A stretch of DNA of 64,000 nt from Phaeosaccion multiseriatum (lineage: Eukaryota; Protista; Ochrophyta, other classes), in assembly GCA_965112735.1 (NCBI GenBank), contig OZ218963.1, forward strand, positions 2,728,001-2,792,000, given 5' to 3'. Below the pieces are notes generated by a model. The model was not told the origin of the DNA. It saw nothing but the letters and a program-made list of their open reading frames with translations, and ran no database searches. Below, in pieces: positions 46,134 through 60,503 of the stretch. Position numbers and translations under genes: made by a program. Position 1 is the stretch's first letter. Each line of letters starts with the position of its first letter.

Positions 46134-47282
46134 ATGACGCCCCTAGAGCGGGCGGAGGGCCTCTTTGTGAGCTGCGACTTTGAGGCGGCCGCTGAGGTAT
46201 GCCGAGGCGAACTAAGCAAGCACCAATTGCTGCAGAAGGAGGTCGGCGATGCAGCAACATCAACAACAGCAAAGGCACTCGGCGGCTTGGCCGTGCAGGA
46301 AGAGAAGGGCCTGCTTCTGCGCGTATGCGATATGTTTGTATCTCCCGTGACGCCGTGCTCGCAAGAGGACTTCCTTTGTGCGCTACTGCTGCAGTGCGGC
46401 TACGAGCTGCAGCGGAAGGAGCACTACGAGTACTGCCGGGATTACTACCGACGGAGAGGGGCGATGCCTTTCGACGTGGCCATGATTTGGTGGGTGGACG
46501 CGACGCTTTTCGCAGCTTTTTGGTCCCCTTTTTTGCTGCTTCATGCCTCCCCCCCGGTAGACCAGCCAAATTCCCACACCCTTTTGTTTTGGCACATTAC
46601 TCATGTTGTGCCTGACGCCTTCTGCCGTAGGTTAAAACTACGGATCGCAGAGGGGGGAGTGGACGAGTGGCTGCCCCAGACCCTCCGGCACGTACTGGAG
46701 CGCTTGCGAGCTCTTGTCAAGGGTGTAGCACGCAAACAGGAAGAAGCAGTGAACGGACCCGAAGAGGGTTTTGATTTGGAGGAGGAAGAGGTATTGCTGA
46801 GGGGCTACTATGATGAGGTTCTTGAGCTGCTCTTGATGAACTGTATGCTGCCCGCGGGGCAGGTGGAAGAGGCAAGGGGTCTCTTGGCCACGGACGACGT
46901 GCTGCCTGAAGAGCGCCTGTCCAGATTGGGCGCCATGTGCGGGAGGTGCGACCGCCAGCTGCGACGTGGGTCAGAGAGGCTTGAGCAGCAGCAGCAGCAG
47001 CACCGGGGAGAGCAGGGGATAAAGGCTGGCGGGACCGCGAGTGGGAGACGGAAGCAATCAGACCGAAGGCGAGGCTGGGCACCCCAGCAGAGGACGGCCG
47101 GGGGGGAGCAAGGCGACGAGGAGTGCAAGGGGCAGGGGGCGCAGGGGCAATCAAACGGGCAGGGCCTGACGGCGGCAGCAGCGCTTGTGGCGGTTGGAAT
47201 TATTGCCATTGTCGCCATCCGCAAACGCGGAGTGTTTGGGCGGATAGCACGGGCAGTTTGTGAGCTGGGAGGAATTGGATAA
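46134..47282 (+). CDS. Tail-anchored protein, PEX26/APEM9-like
   Basis: AEGLFVSCDFEAA, LCALLLQCGYEL, C-terminal TM followed by a basic tail; probable intron ~46492-46630. Confidence 0.5.
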   Translation: MTPLERAEGLFVSCDFEAAAEVCRGELSKHQLLQKEVGDAATSTTAKALGGLAVQEEKGLLLRVCDMFVSPVTPCSQEDFLCALLLQCGYELQRKEHYEYCRDYYRRRGAMPFDVAMIWWVDATLFAAFWSPFLLLHASPPVDQPNSHTLLFWHITHVVPDAFCRRLKLRIAEGGVDEWLPQTLRHVLERLRALVKGVARKQEEAVNGPEEGFDLEEEEVLLRGYYDEVLELLLMNCMLPAGQVEEARGLLATDDVLPEERLSRLGAMCGRCDRQLRRGSERLEQQQQQHRGEQGIKAGGTASGRRKQSDRRRGWAPQQRTAGGEQGDEECKGQGAQGQSNGQGLTAAAALVAVGIIAIVAIRKRGVFGRIARAVCELGGIG

Positions 47283-47906
47283 AATATCGTTCTTTCTCTC
47301 TCCCCTACATCATTCCTACTACTCTTCCTCTACCCCATTAGATTTAGTGCCCGCCCCCGCCATCCCTCCCCTTCCACATGGCGGCGCTTCGGGGGGGTGC
47401 TCCTTTCATACAAGTTCAGAGCGGCAGAAAATTTGAAAGTCTTAACTGTTGCTGCAAGCCCTTCCTCTGTCGCTGCTGCAGCTGCTGTCTGCCAGGGGCA
47501 AGCGCAGTAACCTGTCCTCGTGCTCCTCCCGGATGAGAGCGATGGGCCCGGCGATGGGCAGCACTTTGGCGCGGATGGCATTGCCCAGTCGAAAGGACGC
47601 AAAGCTTCGTCCCTTGCCCAGCAGAGGTGGTGGCTGTGGCTGTGGCTGTGGCTGCCGGAGGGGCGCGACCGGTACGGACGATGTTGCGCTGTCGCAGTAC
47701 AGCGGGAGGGCAATAGAAGGGAGGCAGCAGCACACACAGCGGGGGGGGGGTCGTGAGAAGAAGAAAAGCAGAAGAGGGAACAGGTGCACCTCTACCCAGA
47801 AAGCATTCCTCGGCTTTTGCCCCCCCTTCTCGTACTCGATTCCGCCAGTGACGACAGAGAAGAGAAGCATTGGGGCTGTTGGGTCTCCACTCGCCCTTCT
47901 CTTCTC

Positions 47907-50054
47907 TCACCTGGCGCGAGCTGCACTCTTCCCCGGGGATGATGCTTGTACCCCTGGGTCACCCGCCTTGCTCTGCCTGTCTTTCTCGCCCTCATCGCTT
48001 CCATTGCGCTCGGGCTTGCTGCCCTTGGCCTGGACAAGAAGCATGCCCACACTCATGCTCATGACCGGAACCTCGTCGTGTCGCTTCTTGAGCGCGCGAG
48101 TCAGCAGAAAGGTCATGGTCAGGTACCATGCCTGGGGAGCCACGCACACCACGCAGAAGACGGAAACCTCCGGCATCAGCCAGGCTTTGTCAGCCACGAA
48201 GGGCACAAAGACGTAAAAGGGGGCGACAAGATACATCGCGACCGAGCCCATGCACACGTGCTTTGTGTGCGTAGCGGCCCTCAAGACCTTAGCCAGGCTT
48301 CTCTCTTCGTTCTTCTTCTTGGAGGCTTGGCGGTACAGCTTCCTGCCTCTCACAGAGGCCACGCCGGCCGAGAATCTTGAGACCGACTTGAAAGAACCCC
48401 CCATGGACGCCATTGACACGTTCTCGTCGTCGTCATCATCCGATTCATGCGAGTCCGCGTCTTTGCTGGCGCTCACCCGAGTGCTGCTGTTCCTACTGCT
48501 GGTACGGACCACGCCACTCTTTGGCGTACCCTCTTGCTGTCCACCGCTTCTGGTGCAGCCTAGGGTTTGCTCTGTATTTGGTCCTGCGGGAGTTCGTCAC
48601 TGCCCGATGCTTCTGCAGCCGCCGCCCTTGCCGCTCGCTGAAGCTGAGTCCTCGCCGCCGACGTGGCCCCTTCTTCCCTTCCCGAGCGTGGCATGCTTAC
48701 ACACGCACTGCTGTCCTCCCCTTCTGATGGTCCTGCGTGTTCATCCTTTGGAATCACAGCAGTCCGAGCTGGGAAGAATGAGCTTATGTCACCCTTTCTG
48801 TCCGGAGTCAGGACCTTTTCCGCTAGTCTGGGTGAGGTGGGAAAAGGAAGATGGAGGGGCGGGGCAAGGGGGGGCGAAGTGAGCACTGTATTCCAAAGCA
48901 AACGGCGGGGCGAGGAAAAAGAGAGAGCAGCGTGGTGAAGATCAGATGGAGCGTGGGGCTCTCCAGTGCACGGGACGTCGTTGCTTGCTGTGGCACCGCA
49001 CGAATGAGAAGCAGCAGGGCCGCCAGTATGTATGTCAATGGCCGCAGTGGGAGCGCTCAAGCACATGCCTGTGCCTCGCCTCACCTGGCGGTCGCAGCGA
49101 TTTTCTTCTCCTTGTCTCGCACCATGGACTCTCTCGCGTTCTGCTCCGTCAGCGTGGCGATGACGAACAGCCCGCCGCTGACCGTAATGCCAACAGGGGT
49201 ACCATACGCGACGGTGAAGTCCCAGGTGGCACGCAATCCGCTATGATGAAAAGCAACTAAGCCCAGCAAGAACGGCAGCGTTGACGCCGCAACGATCGGC
49301 GTCTTGTACGCAATGAGATTGTTGCGTATCGAGGTGAGCAAGGCGCCGGACCTCTGCTTCGCCATGACAATGTGAGGCACTGTCTGCCACCACAGCATCA
49401 GCAGGTTAATGGCACCCGTTGCCATGAGCGGGGCCGCAAGGGGAATGATCCAGAACAGGTCGGCTAGCGAATACCCGCTGCTGAGTTGAATGGTGAGGGC
49501 CAAAGACACATGGAGCAGGTGGAAGAAGAAGCCGGCAACAAAGAAGGACAGGCGCCAGTGGTCGACAAGCCTGCTCAAATGCTGGCGTCGATTGAGGTGG
49601 CCAATCCTCCTCTCGCCCCAGCCGCAGAATCGGCGGAGCGGCAGCGGGACGAGCGACTTCATGTGATATCGTCTCCTATGGTGCCAGACGTGTGACGCTA
49701 TATGTGCCATATTAACAGCCCCTGCGGTTTGTGGCACAAGGTGGACAAGGTGGGAACGACGGGGAGGTTGGGTCAGTGTGGAAGGTAACGCGGACAAAGC
49801 TCTGCTGAGATCCTATTAAGCGGCGCTTCAAGCATCGCCCCCCGAGAGTAAGGTGTGCAGTGCTCACCTACGATGAAGGACAAGCTCAATAACCCGCGCG
49901 CAAAGAAGCGTGGTACGCAGCTGGGAGCACCTGCAATATCACTGGAGAAGTATCCACTTTCGCACAGACATGCCTCTTGCCCAAGTTCGCCGATAACACA
50001 CTCCCCCCCCCCACCGTAGAGCCGGCAGTCCTCCACACACTCCGTCCCGCCCAT
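47907..50054 (-). CDS. Multi-pass membrane protein with N-terminal EGF-like Cys motif
   Basis: CVEDC..GEC..CLCESGY..C exon followed by hydrophobic exons 49081-49720 and 47907-48900. Confidence 0.5.
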
Positions 50055-50390
50055 GCCTCCAAGTGGGAGTCCGCCCGGTTCCTCTTCCCACACACACACA
50101 CTACTCGTACTCCTCCACAGGGAGGCGTAGTATCACGCGACAGGATTCCTGTCATGGGACCTACGCTTCTTACTGCTGCACCCTCTAATCCCTTGCTGTC
50201 GACGTCGTTGTGGCTGCCGCCTCCCTGTAAGAGGCGGCAGACGAAAAAAAACGTCCCCATGTTGCTCTCTGGGCTTTCTCCTTTTATGCGATGGCTCCAC
50301 CTAATTAGCTCAAATTCACATTCGCGGCTTTGGACGGCGGAGAGCCGGGGGGGGGGGGCGACGAACTCTCTGTTTGAGAGAAGAAGGAAA

Positions 50391-52536
50391 ATGTCGGCTG
50401 CATGGGATTCTTCAGGGGGGGGGGGGGGGGCGCTCAGCGGAGAGGGCGCCACGAAGCTGGTGCAGGAGGTGCAATTAGACGGGCTGGTAAGTTTGTGTGC
50501 TCCACCGACAACGTGGGCTCCTCTGCGCAGTCTTTCCGCTGTCGAGCTGCAGCGGGCTGTAATCGGACGTGATATTGCCTTCTTGCTCCTCCTCCTCCTT
50601 TCTCTTTTTTTTCTCCCTCTCCCTGCAGGCGGTCCTTAAGATCATCAAGCATTGCTCGGAGGCGTTGCCGCAAATGGTGGCAGGGTCGCTCCTCGGCCTG
50701 GATCAGACGCAGACTGGCAAACTCGAGGTCACGCACTCCTTCCCCTTCCCCACAGTAAAGCAAGGCATGGTGGACGGTGGGGGCGGAGGGCAGCAACAGC
50801 AACAACAACAGGGAGGAGGTGCGCTGGAAGATATCGACGGCCAAGACTATCAAATGGAAATGATGAAGATGCTGAGAGAGATCAATGTTGACAATAACTG
50901 CGTGGGGTGGTATCAGGTAAGACGTCTCTCGTGAGACGGGCTTAGCAGCGACTTAGCGAGCTATGGTCAGGGCATGTCTTGTAGGCAATGGCTCACCCCT
51001 CCCCCCGCCTGGATCGCGGAGGGGTGCAGCAACCAGCTGTGTTTATACTTAGACAACCACCACTTGGCTGTGGGGGCGTTTCGAATCTTGTGACACCCTC
51101 AACTTCCGCGCTCCTCTCTCTGGGACCTTGTCTCTCTGTTGACCCTCCTGCTGCACGTCCCCCCGTGTTGCGGTTTGCGCCTTTGTTCTCCGTCTACAGT
51201 CCATGTACCTTGGGTCTTTCTGTACCCAAACACTGGTGGATAACCAGTTCTCCTACCAGGAACACCTCAGCGACAACAGCATAGTCATCCTCTACGACCC
51301 CGTGCAGACGGCCAACGGCTCTCTTACCATCAAGGCGTATCGCCTCAGTGCAGAGTTCATGCGCGTGATCCGAGAGAAGGAGAATGCGTACATCAAACCC
51401 AGCGAGATTCTTGAGGAGCTGCCCATCAAGGTTGGTGCGAGACGGGAAAGAAGCCTTCCAGTGGCGGACACTTCCCCACTTCCTGTTGAACGAGGCAGGG
51501 GCGAGGGACTCGTGCGGCCTCTCCCGAGGGGCTTCAGAGACAGGCCCCCCTGTGCCGTGTGCTCCTCTGACCCGCTCTGCCAGCGGCCCTCTCTCCGGCC
51601 TCGTAGGCCGTTTTGTTGAATGTTGAATGTTGGGTTTGGTTTCGTGCCGTGCAGTCCTAACCCCCTCCCTCTCTCCAGATCCGCAACCCCGGTGTGATCA
51701 ACGCCCTCGTGTACGATCTGCAAGAGCAAGCCCAGCTCGACTGCGACTTCGAGCGGCTCGACCTCTCCACCAACCCCTACCTGGAGAAGAACTTGGAGTT
51801 CCTCTGCAACTGGATCGACGACCTTGGAAACGAGCAGGTGGGTGCGTGTATGTATTGTGTGTGTGTGTGTGTGCGTGTGTGTGTGTGTGTGTGTGCGAGA
51901 GAGAGAGCTCGGTGCAAGACCAAAAGACTACTTGATCAAGCGATGTTGTACAGGGAGAGGAGAGAGAGGTGACTTGCACCGCTTTTGAATGGAATGGAAA
52001 CGAAGTCCATGTCTGGAGCTATAGACTCAGCGATCCTCACGCGGATGCCCTTGTGTGCATGCAACGACTTGCTCTTTTTGCACGCATGATCACTGCCTGA
52101 CCGATTTGGCGACGGGTGGACTCCCACCAGTACAAGTTCCAGCAATATACGCGAAATTTGGCCAAGCAGAAGCAGGAGCAGGCGCGGTGGGCACAGCGGC
52201 GAAAGGCAGCAAACGAGGAGAGAAGACATTCCGGACAAGATCCTTTACCCGAAGACGAGTCTTTCTTCGACAAGAAGATTGACGCACCGCAGCGGATGGA
52301 GAGCCTGCTCATCAGCAACCAGATCAACGCCTACTGCTCACAGGTGAGATATGTCAGGATGTTAGAGGAGGGCCTCTAGTTAGTTAGGGTCCGTTGTTGA
52401 GCTGCGCACCTCATGCTCCGGCTGCCTTCTGCTCTTTTCCCTCCTTGCCGCCCAACAGGTGAACGAGTTTGCAGGGAGCAGCTTTGAGAAGCTCTTCCTG
52501 GCCAGCGCTCTCCAGAAAGAATCTTCCACCAATTAG
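50391..52536 (+). CDS. eIF3h: Translation initiation factor 3 subunit H
   Basis: VQLDGLAVLKIIKHC, GSLLGL, LEVTHSFPFP, YQMEMMKMLREINVDNNCVGWYQS, QINAYC. Confidence 0.95.
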
Positions 52537-53037
52537 ACGCCCTGAGCTGAGTGTGTGTAGCCCCCCCGGGTCTGTATAGCACAGTCCCCTCCGTCCCCTT
52601 TCCAGATGCTGCACATGTTGCATGTGTTGGAGGTGCTGTCCCGAGGCAACTTACGTTGGACACTGTGCGCCAGATCGGCGCGGATTTTCGACTTTTTGCA
52701 AGTCCTTCGAGAGAGTGGGCGGTGGTGCTCGCTGAAGAAGGCGGTCGCGAGCCCGATGTGGACGGGAGCACGTCGAACGAGACATGTAGCAAGCTTCTCA
52801 GTCTGAAGTGCAGCGGGAGTTGGACGACAGATATGCTGGGAGAATCCTTCACGGTGCAGGGACGCTTCCTTCCTCACCGAAGCAAACAGGCGGAAGAGTG
52901 CAAGGTGTGGGGGAATCGATACACAGGACCACCCTCATGAGCGGTGGAGAGGAAAGGCGCGGCAGGCAGAGTGGATTATTAACCAGAGCAGTGAGTTGAG
53001 AAGGTATTATCTTGTGGTGCGTGGGCGATGGCCACTC

Positions 53038-56000
53038 TCAGCTGCCGCTGTGCGTCGGCTCGGTCTCCTCTCGCTCCTCCTTCCCCCCGTACGTGGTCGC
53101 TCTTCGTGCCGCTGTCCCCTCCCTCCCCTCCAGCAGCCCCGACGTCTCTGTGGCTTCCTCTCCTCCCGCAGCAGACACGTGCTCTCCTCCGCCCTCCCTG
53201 ACGCCCGCAAGTATGTCTTCGCCAACTAGCAGCTCCTCCGACTCCTCTCCTCGCTCATGCTCCGCCTTTATCCCATCCTCTCGGGGGGAGGGCGACCTGC
53301 TCTGCCTCCGGTGGGGAGACAAGGTGTCTTCTGACCAGCCTGTGCGCCTCGCCCTGTCGCTCCTCATGGTCCTGCGCCGCTCCGTGTCCCCGGCAGTCCC
53401 CGCTGCGGAACCCCCTCCCGCTTTCTGCTCTTGCTCTTGCTCTTGCTCTCTCTCTTGCTCCTTCTCCTCCTCGTCATCCCGTGCTCCGTTGCCACTTTCC
53501 CCATAGGCCCACATACTACCGGCACTTCCCCCGCTGAGTCCCTTGTACCACTCAAGGCTCTGTCCTGTGGAGTCATCTCTCACCAACCCCCCGGGGACCG
53601 CCTCTCCTACCGCTTGTCTAGGCTGCCCCCCCTCGCTCCTGGCGAGGTGCTCGTGGGTGCGTGTCTTGGAGGAGCTCTCCAGGCTCAACGCGTTCTGATT
53701 GCTGCCACTGCTGCTGCTGGTGGTGGTCGTGGTAGCGGTGCCCATGCGGGCCAGCATAATCTCGTTCATCTTGTCCAGAACCCCCCTGAGAGCCTCCACC
53801 ACCTCTGAGAACGGAGGCCTGCTCTCGGGGTCCTCGCTCCAGCAGCGCACCTGCACGGGCCGGGGGGGGCGACGCACAATCAACGTGGAACGGCGGACAG
53901 ACTTGACACTTCGAACGATTCTGAGACGCGCCCCGAAAAGCAGATGCTGCGAATGCTGCGAGGGTTACGCGGAAGCACACACACGTACCATCATATCTCT
54001 CCACGGACACCCCTTGGGCACCTTGGGTCGCAGCCCCTCATTGGCGACGCGGGCGATGATCTGCGCCGCCGAGAGCTGAGCGTGCACTTCCTCGCGAGTG
54101 GCCACCTCCCAAAGCATGATGCCGAAGGCGTACACGTCGCTGTGCTTGCTGCCCTTGGCGTGCTTGATGGCCTCCGGCGCGAGCCAGCAAGCCGTGCCCA
54201 CTCCGTGAGTCATGGTGCCGCCTCCTGAGTGCAAAGCGACTGCCCGGGCGCTGCCCCAGTCGCCGATCTTGGGCACCAAAGTGCCATCCGGCTCCTCCTG
54301 CCAGAGAGACGGTTGAACAAATAGAAGGGCCGACGGGGAGCTGAGCGACGAGATGGGGCTCAGAAAAGCCACGCGGGGAGCTTGGAAGACTCTCTACAGC
54401 TCAAAGACGAAGTGGAGGGCAAAACTAAGGTGCTGTATGGCACGGCACGTGCCCCCACGCCACACCAGTGCCACAACAGGCGCATCGACCCCCCCTTCTC
54501 TATGAGTGGAAAGGGAAGGCGACCTACGCCCGTATGTCCGTTTATCCCCATGCCCGTATGCCTGCATGCCCGTCACATTACCTGCATGAAGACGTTGTGA
54601 GACTTAAGGTCTCTGTGGATGATTGGCTGGTCCCTGGTGTGGAGGTACAGCATGCCCTCCGCCACTTGAATGGCGACTTTCAGCCGAGCGCGCGCCCCGA
54701 GGTGGCAGCTCCGATCATTCAGCACCTGCGAAGGCCAGTGCGTGGGGGGGGGGGGAGAACAGAATACGTCCATGATCACTTGAATGAAAGTCCTCGCCAC
54801 AGCCCCCCGGGGATCCAGAGCCAACCCCCAAGACAGACTCGGTGGAGGCAAGAGCACAATCCTTTACAGCGAGCCAAGGCCCGGCCTCAAGCGATGCTGC
54901 CGCACGGACCTGTCTGAGGCTGCCCCTGCTGCACAGCTCGCTGACGATCCAGATGGCCTGGCTGGTGAGGCTGCAGCCATACAGATGTAGCACCCGCGGG
55001 TGGCGCAGGAAGCTCATGACCGCCGCCTCCCCCACAATCTCCTCGATGAGCGCTTCTCTGTGCAAGCTGCTCCCCTCCACTGCAGCCTGGGCGAACACGA
55101 ACTCCTTCACGGCCACCTAGAGGGAGGGACAGCACACGTCACCTGAGTCTTTTCGCTTCCGTTCCCTCTCACCCACCCCCTTGAGGCCCTACACCCTCAT
55201 ACACCCTCATGCCAAGGGGAAACCGCACGTACCTGGCTGCTCCTCCACATGCCGCTCCACACCCGGCCAAAGCTTCCCTCCCCGATTATCTTGTGAAGCA
55301 CGATTTCCTGACGCACAGACGCATAGAGAGAGGCAGCGGAAGAGGAAGTGAAAGGGCAGCCCCTCCGGCAAGAGAACAGAGAGGCAGCGAGCAGAAGAGG
55401 AAGAGTGAAAGACCAGCCTGTCCACCAGCCCCTCCAGCGAAAGAATAGCGCGTCGTGTCACATGCAGTGCTCCTTTCTGCCAGGGATAGTCCCTAGTGCG
55501 GGGGACAGCGTGCCCCACCTCACCTTGGGGTTGATGACGTTAAGGGGGCGGTCCTCGGAGAGGTGCCTTGCTGCCATGGCCCGGTCGTAGCGCTGCCGGA
55601 ACTCGTGCTCCATATCGGCCATCAGCCCTGCCACACGCAAAAAGAGTGAGTGGGTGAGTGAGTGAGTGAGTGGGTGAGTGAGTGAGTGAGTGAGTGAGTG
55701 AGTGAGTGAGTGAGTGAGTGAGTGAGTGAGTGAGCGAGTGAGTGAGAGGAGGGATGTTTCATCGCGAACGATGGGGCTAGAGCTTCGCCCCGCTCCTTGA
55801 TTAAATGTCCAGTGCAGGCGCAACTTGTGACCTTGAGACCCTGCGAGGGTGGTGAGTGAAATGCCGTTGCGTCCCTCCACCATATCTTTCAGCCACGGCA
55901 CATCCAAGTATTGCCTGTAGTAAGGGAGACAATAACAAGCCGGAAAGGTAGGCGGGCGGCACGGAGTGCGAGCCGGAGGCGAGGGCGAGAGAAGGGCAGT

Positions 56001-59000
56001 AGAAGGGGGGGCGCCGCCGAGAGCCACGCAGGCCATTTGGGGACACAAGTGAGGCAATATCAGAGGCTACGCTGAGGGTCGGTCGCCAATGCCATACAAT
56101 GCCATCCCCCTCCCCACTCAGGCAACACGACACACTCACACCTACACCCAGCCGAGAGCCGGCATACAGCTCAGCCGCACATTCTCCAACCACTGGGTGG
56201 CCCCAAATCCGACCCCGCTCAGGCCCTGTGTTTAGGGAGAGGCAAAAGACATGAGTGCACACAATCCACCGCTCCGTCCACTCACTGATTGTGGCAAACG
56301 AAGGCCATGCACACCCCGAGGCAGATGCCCAAAGACACGCAGGTCAGCACCACGGCCCACGTGAAGGAGAGCCCTTCCTGGCCCTCCTGGCCATTGCCGC
56401 GCGTGCCGGCTGAGTGGCGGCGACTGGCGCTGTCGCTGCTCTGCGCAAGGTCCCGCGGCTCCTGCAGCATCTGCGATATGCTCGTTACCACGCCCTGTAC
56501 ACAACAACAGAGCACAGGGAGCAAACGCAAACGTTGGTGAAGCCCCAAGCCGAAGCATCGCACCAAAGCACCAGAAATATCAACACAAGCAATCATACAA
56601 ACTGCTCGTTGTGTTGTGAGAAGCACAAAGAACTGAGGCAGGCAGAGACGAAGGATGTTGTACGGAGACCAGGAGGTTGCTCATCCGCCCTCCCCTGTTG
56701 GTTGGTTCCCTTCGCCCCATATGTTCCCGTTGCATCGGACGCTATTGCACAGACATACACGCACACACGCGCACACACACACACACATACACACATACAC
56801 ACACAAACACTGTTTGCGCTCCTCTCCGAGCACACAGCCACAGACCGACCGACAGCCCCATTCCCTCGGACTCAGTAAGCAAGCGAATCTCCACCCCCCC
56901 CTCACCTGCAGCTCCGCCTCGTGTCCAAGGAGCGAGGTGGAGGGGCCCCACTCTGCGTCATCAGTCCAAATCACCAGGGGAGGGTCGAACTCGCCCCCGA
57001 TGAACAGGGTATTCGCAAACGCGCCAGTGCCCCCCTCCACGCTGTTGATTCGCGCCTCCAGCCCATTAAAGCTTGGCAGCCACTCCCAGTAGAAGCGGTA
57101 GTTACCGTCAAAGCCGGGGCTGACTTGACGGGAGGCGTTTCGGCCGCTCGTCCCCGGCACTTCGTCTTCTTTCGAGTTGGCGGCCCGATCGCTGCCTTCG
57201 CTGCCTCTGCGGCCACTACTGCTACTGCTACTTGTGGTGCTCGTAGTCTGTCCCCTGTCCCGCCCTAAATGCCGAGTCCGGTACTGCCCACCTCGTTTCT
57301 CCTGCTCATGTCGTGCTTCTCCCACCTGCTCCTTTCCTCTGCTCCTCCTCATCCTGCTGCTGCTGCTGCTGCGCCTCTTATGCGCTTCCCATGCTGTCTC
57401 ATTCATTAACCCAGCCACCCTCTCTGGCCGCCAAGTCCGCCCGAGCTGAACCCCCCCCGAAGCGGTGCCTTTGCTTTCCGGCCCCCACCACCCCCGCCCT
57501 CTCCCCTGCCCTGGGGGGTACCAGGCGCGGTGCTTCTCCTCTTGTCCGCCATACCCGGAGTCATACCCGGAGTCTTCCTCCTGAGAAAAGAGGGACCTTC
57601 CTCCTTTCCCTCCCCCCACCTTGCCCCCGGCAGCCCCCATTCCCCATTTGTCTGTAGCAAAGGAGAGCCGCGGAAGAGAAAAGCCCACAGAACAAAAGGA
57701 GCAGAACAGAACGGGTCTATGGGTAAGACACTCTGCCCCACACAGAACGGGCAAGACTTTGCCCCACACGCTCTACCAAAGGACAGATCACCAAGGAATC
57801 AGTCGGCCTCACCACAGGGCCAAATCAGTCGGCGCATGCAGCATCTGCCGCAACCATAAGCTCCATCCATAGCCATGCACTGTCATCCACTGTCAGCCCC
57901 CCCCCCCGCCTGCCGAACACTCACCGTACTTCCCCCGAAACAGGGCCGGGCTCTGACTCATTCTTGCGATGGTGTACGCCCTCTCGGGCTCGTTAGCCCA
58001 GGATGACAGGTTGGAGGGCAGTCCCGCCACGAACAGAGTCTCCTCAGTGTACTCCAGACTGGTGATGAGGCTGAAGCTGTGGCGCGGCTCGTACAGACAT
58101 GTCCACTGCTGCCAGTCAAGCCGCCACACGGCGATGCTGTTGCACTCACGCCCGTTGATGCGGTCGAAGGAGCCAGCCACGTATCTGTGCGGTGAGGCGG
58201 TGGAGCGGATCCCAAAGGAGAGGCAAACGGAGCCAAGGGTAAGAGAGATATCGCGTGCCGAAAGGCGCGTAGGCAGAGGACTGATGCTGCCATACTGATG
58301 CTGCCATGCTGGCGCTGTTGGGCAAGGAAACAAAGGTCCGAAGCTGGCAGCCCAATAGTGGCAGACCCAATGGCAGCCCTGTAGCTTCTCTCTGTCTCGA
58401 TCCTGTCTCTCGGTGCGCAGCAGCGCGTGTGTGGGAATGCCCGTCTTCACGCTTATAAGGATAAGGCGTACCATTGTGACGACAGAGTCCAGTCTCAGTC
58501 TCGGGTCCCATACTCCAAGACTGCCTCCCCCCCATCTCCATCCAGCTCTGGAGCCTCCCCCCTCCCCTCGAAACACTCACAAGCTTCGACTTTTGTCGTC
58601 ATAGAGCAGGCTCGTGGCGACACCGTCATAAATGTAGTCTATAGAACCTTCCTTGGTGGGTGCGTTGTATGACACGCCCCCCCCCGGGAAGGCCAAGATG
58701 CCCGTCTCCTTGCTCCACACCGCAAGCCCCGGTTGGATGTACATATTGTCAATCATGTTGAACTGAGCAAGGCGGCAGCACACACAACGGAAGGACAGCA
58801 GCAGTCAGCCGAGGAAAGAGAGCAGAAAGGTTCGCTGAGGGGGTCTCTCTTTTCTGGTGGAAGGCCCAGGCCTAAGCAGGGGTAGAGAGCGCGTAAGTCA
58901 CACTCGGTAGGACTTGTTCAGGAGGGGGGGTGGTGGAATCAGTTTTGCAGGGCATTTCGGCTGCGGATGGAGAGCTCACACTCACACCCACACTAGCTAC

Positions 59001-60302
59001 TCCTTTGCAGTGTACGCACCCCGCCCCCCCCATGGGCCCCTCACCTTTCCCCCAATGTACAGGACCTTGTCCCTCTCGTTCCAGGCTAGACTCATGACGT
59101 CGACGGTGCACCAATTGCAGCCCAAGCCGCCACCCTGCAGCTGCTGCAGAGGCAGCCATGCGTCCTTTCGAGTGTCGTACATTGCCACATTGTAGATACT
59201 GACGAAGCGCTCACCGCTCCACACTCGGCTCTGTGTTGGCCGGCGCCGGCAAGCCATGGCACAGCCGCATGGGGGGCGGGGGATGGAGGAGGGACGCACG
59301 TCCAAGGTGACAGGGGAAGGAGGGGGGGGGGGAGAGGCGGGGCTTCAGTTCCATAGTCTTTGGGGGAGGTTGAGAGGAGGGAGGAGCTGGGGCGAAAGAA
59401 AGGAACGAGAGAGAGGGGGAGGGTATGTGCTGGGCCAGGCAGTAGTGCTATAGGCGGTGGCTGCGCATGGAGATTTGGCCGCATGGAGTGGGCGAGAGTG
59501 GCGCAGTACGAGAAGAAGCGCACGCACCGCTCACCGCACCGCACCCACCTGGAATGTTCCGCCGACGAAGAAGTTTCCGTTCTCCGCAAGCTCGGCAGTC
59601 ATGAGGCGCATGGAGATGTCCTGCGAGTGCGGACAGAGCCCGTCTCCGACCTTCTCGAACGTCGCGCCCGTCCACAGCCCCACGCTGCAGTACTGCTGCT
59701 GGCAGGTCTTGCACACTGTGTCGAAGGCCCCCACCTGGGACGTGGGTTGCACAGGGGGGGGGCAGTATTAACGAACACGGATGGGGTCTGCTGCATCATT
59801 GTCAAGGTTCCTCACCACATAGAGATAGTCGTAGCCGGACTCGCCCCCCCCGGGGTCGACTACCAAATCGAACACCTCTCCTGTCGCCGCTCCGTACAGA
59901 TAGAGCTGAGGGTCGAAGCGAGAGTACCTGAGTGCGCCGCGGGGGGGGGAGCAGGAGGAGGGGCAAAGGAACACGGGCTCAGAGCTTCGTGCGTGTGAGC
60001 GACGAATACGATTGGCCCACCTTCGTTGCCGAAGTGTTAAACTATAAAAACCAGTATCCTAAAAAAAATCCTCCTCCCTAAATCTCTTCTCGATCTCTTC
60101 TCACTCTCGCTCACCACGTCTTGCTCGACGTGTCGAACTGCGCAATGTTTGTGCTTTTGCCATTTAGAGTAAGGTTCCCCCCAATTACTAGAGAGGTGAC
60201 GGGATTTACTGCCGAGTGATGCAGTTGACGGCCGCCCGTCCCAGTCACGAAGGGAAGGAGGAGCAGAAAAGGCAGACAGAGCGTCGGAGACCGTGGCACC
60301 AT
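53038..60302 (-). CDS. Receptor-like TKL kinase with beta-propeller-like ectodomain
   Basis: Signal peptide; repeated L(Y/F)(V/I)GG.F blades; TM at ~56300-56365; GEGSFG, VAVK, HRDLKSHN, DWG, GTACWLAPE, SDVYAFG. Confidence 0.87.
55645..55746. repeat. (TGAG)n intronic microsatellite
   Basis: Direct observation. Confidence 0.95.
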
Positions 60303-60503
60303 CGTGCCCTTCCCCGGTAAGACAACTTCCCCCCGTCCTCAGCCTCCACCAAGCGCAGCAAGTGGTAGGGAGGAAGGAAGGCTATATATTGCACTTTTAA
60401 GTCTCAAGGCCATCCTCCTCAATACGAATCCACCACCAGATTCACAGGGGGCGAGGGGTTCGTTCAGAGAAAAAGCAACATATTTCCGCTAACAAAAGCC
60501 ACC

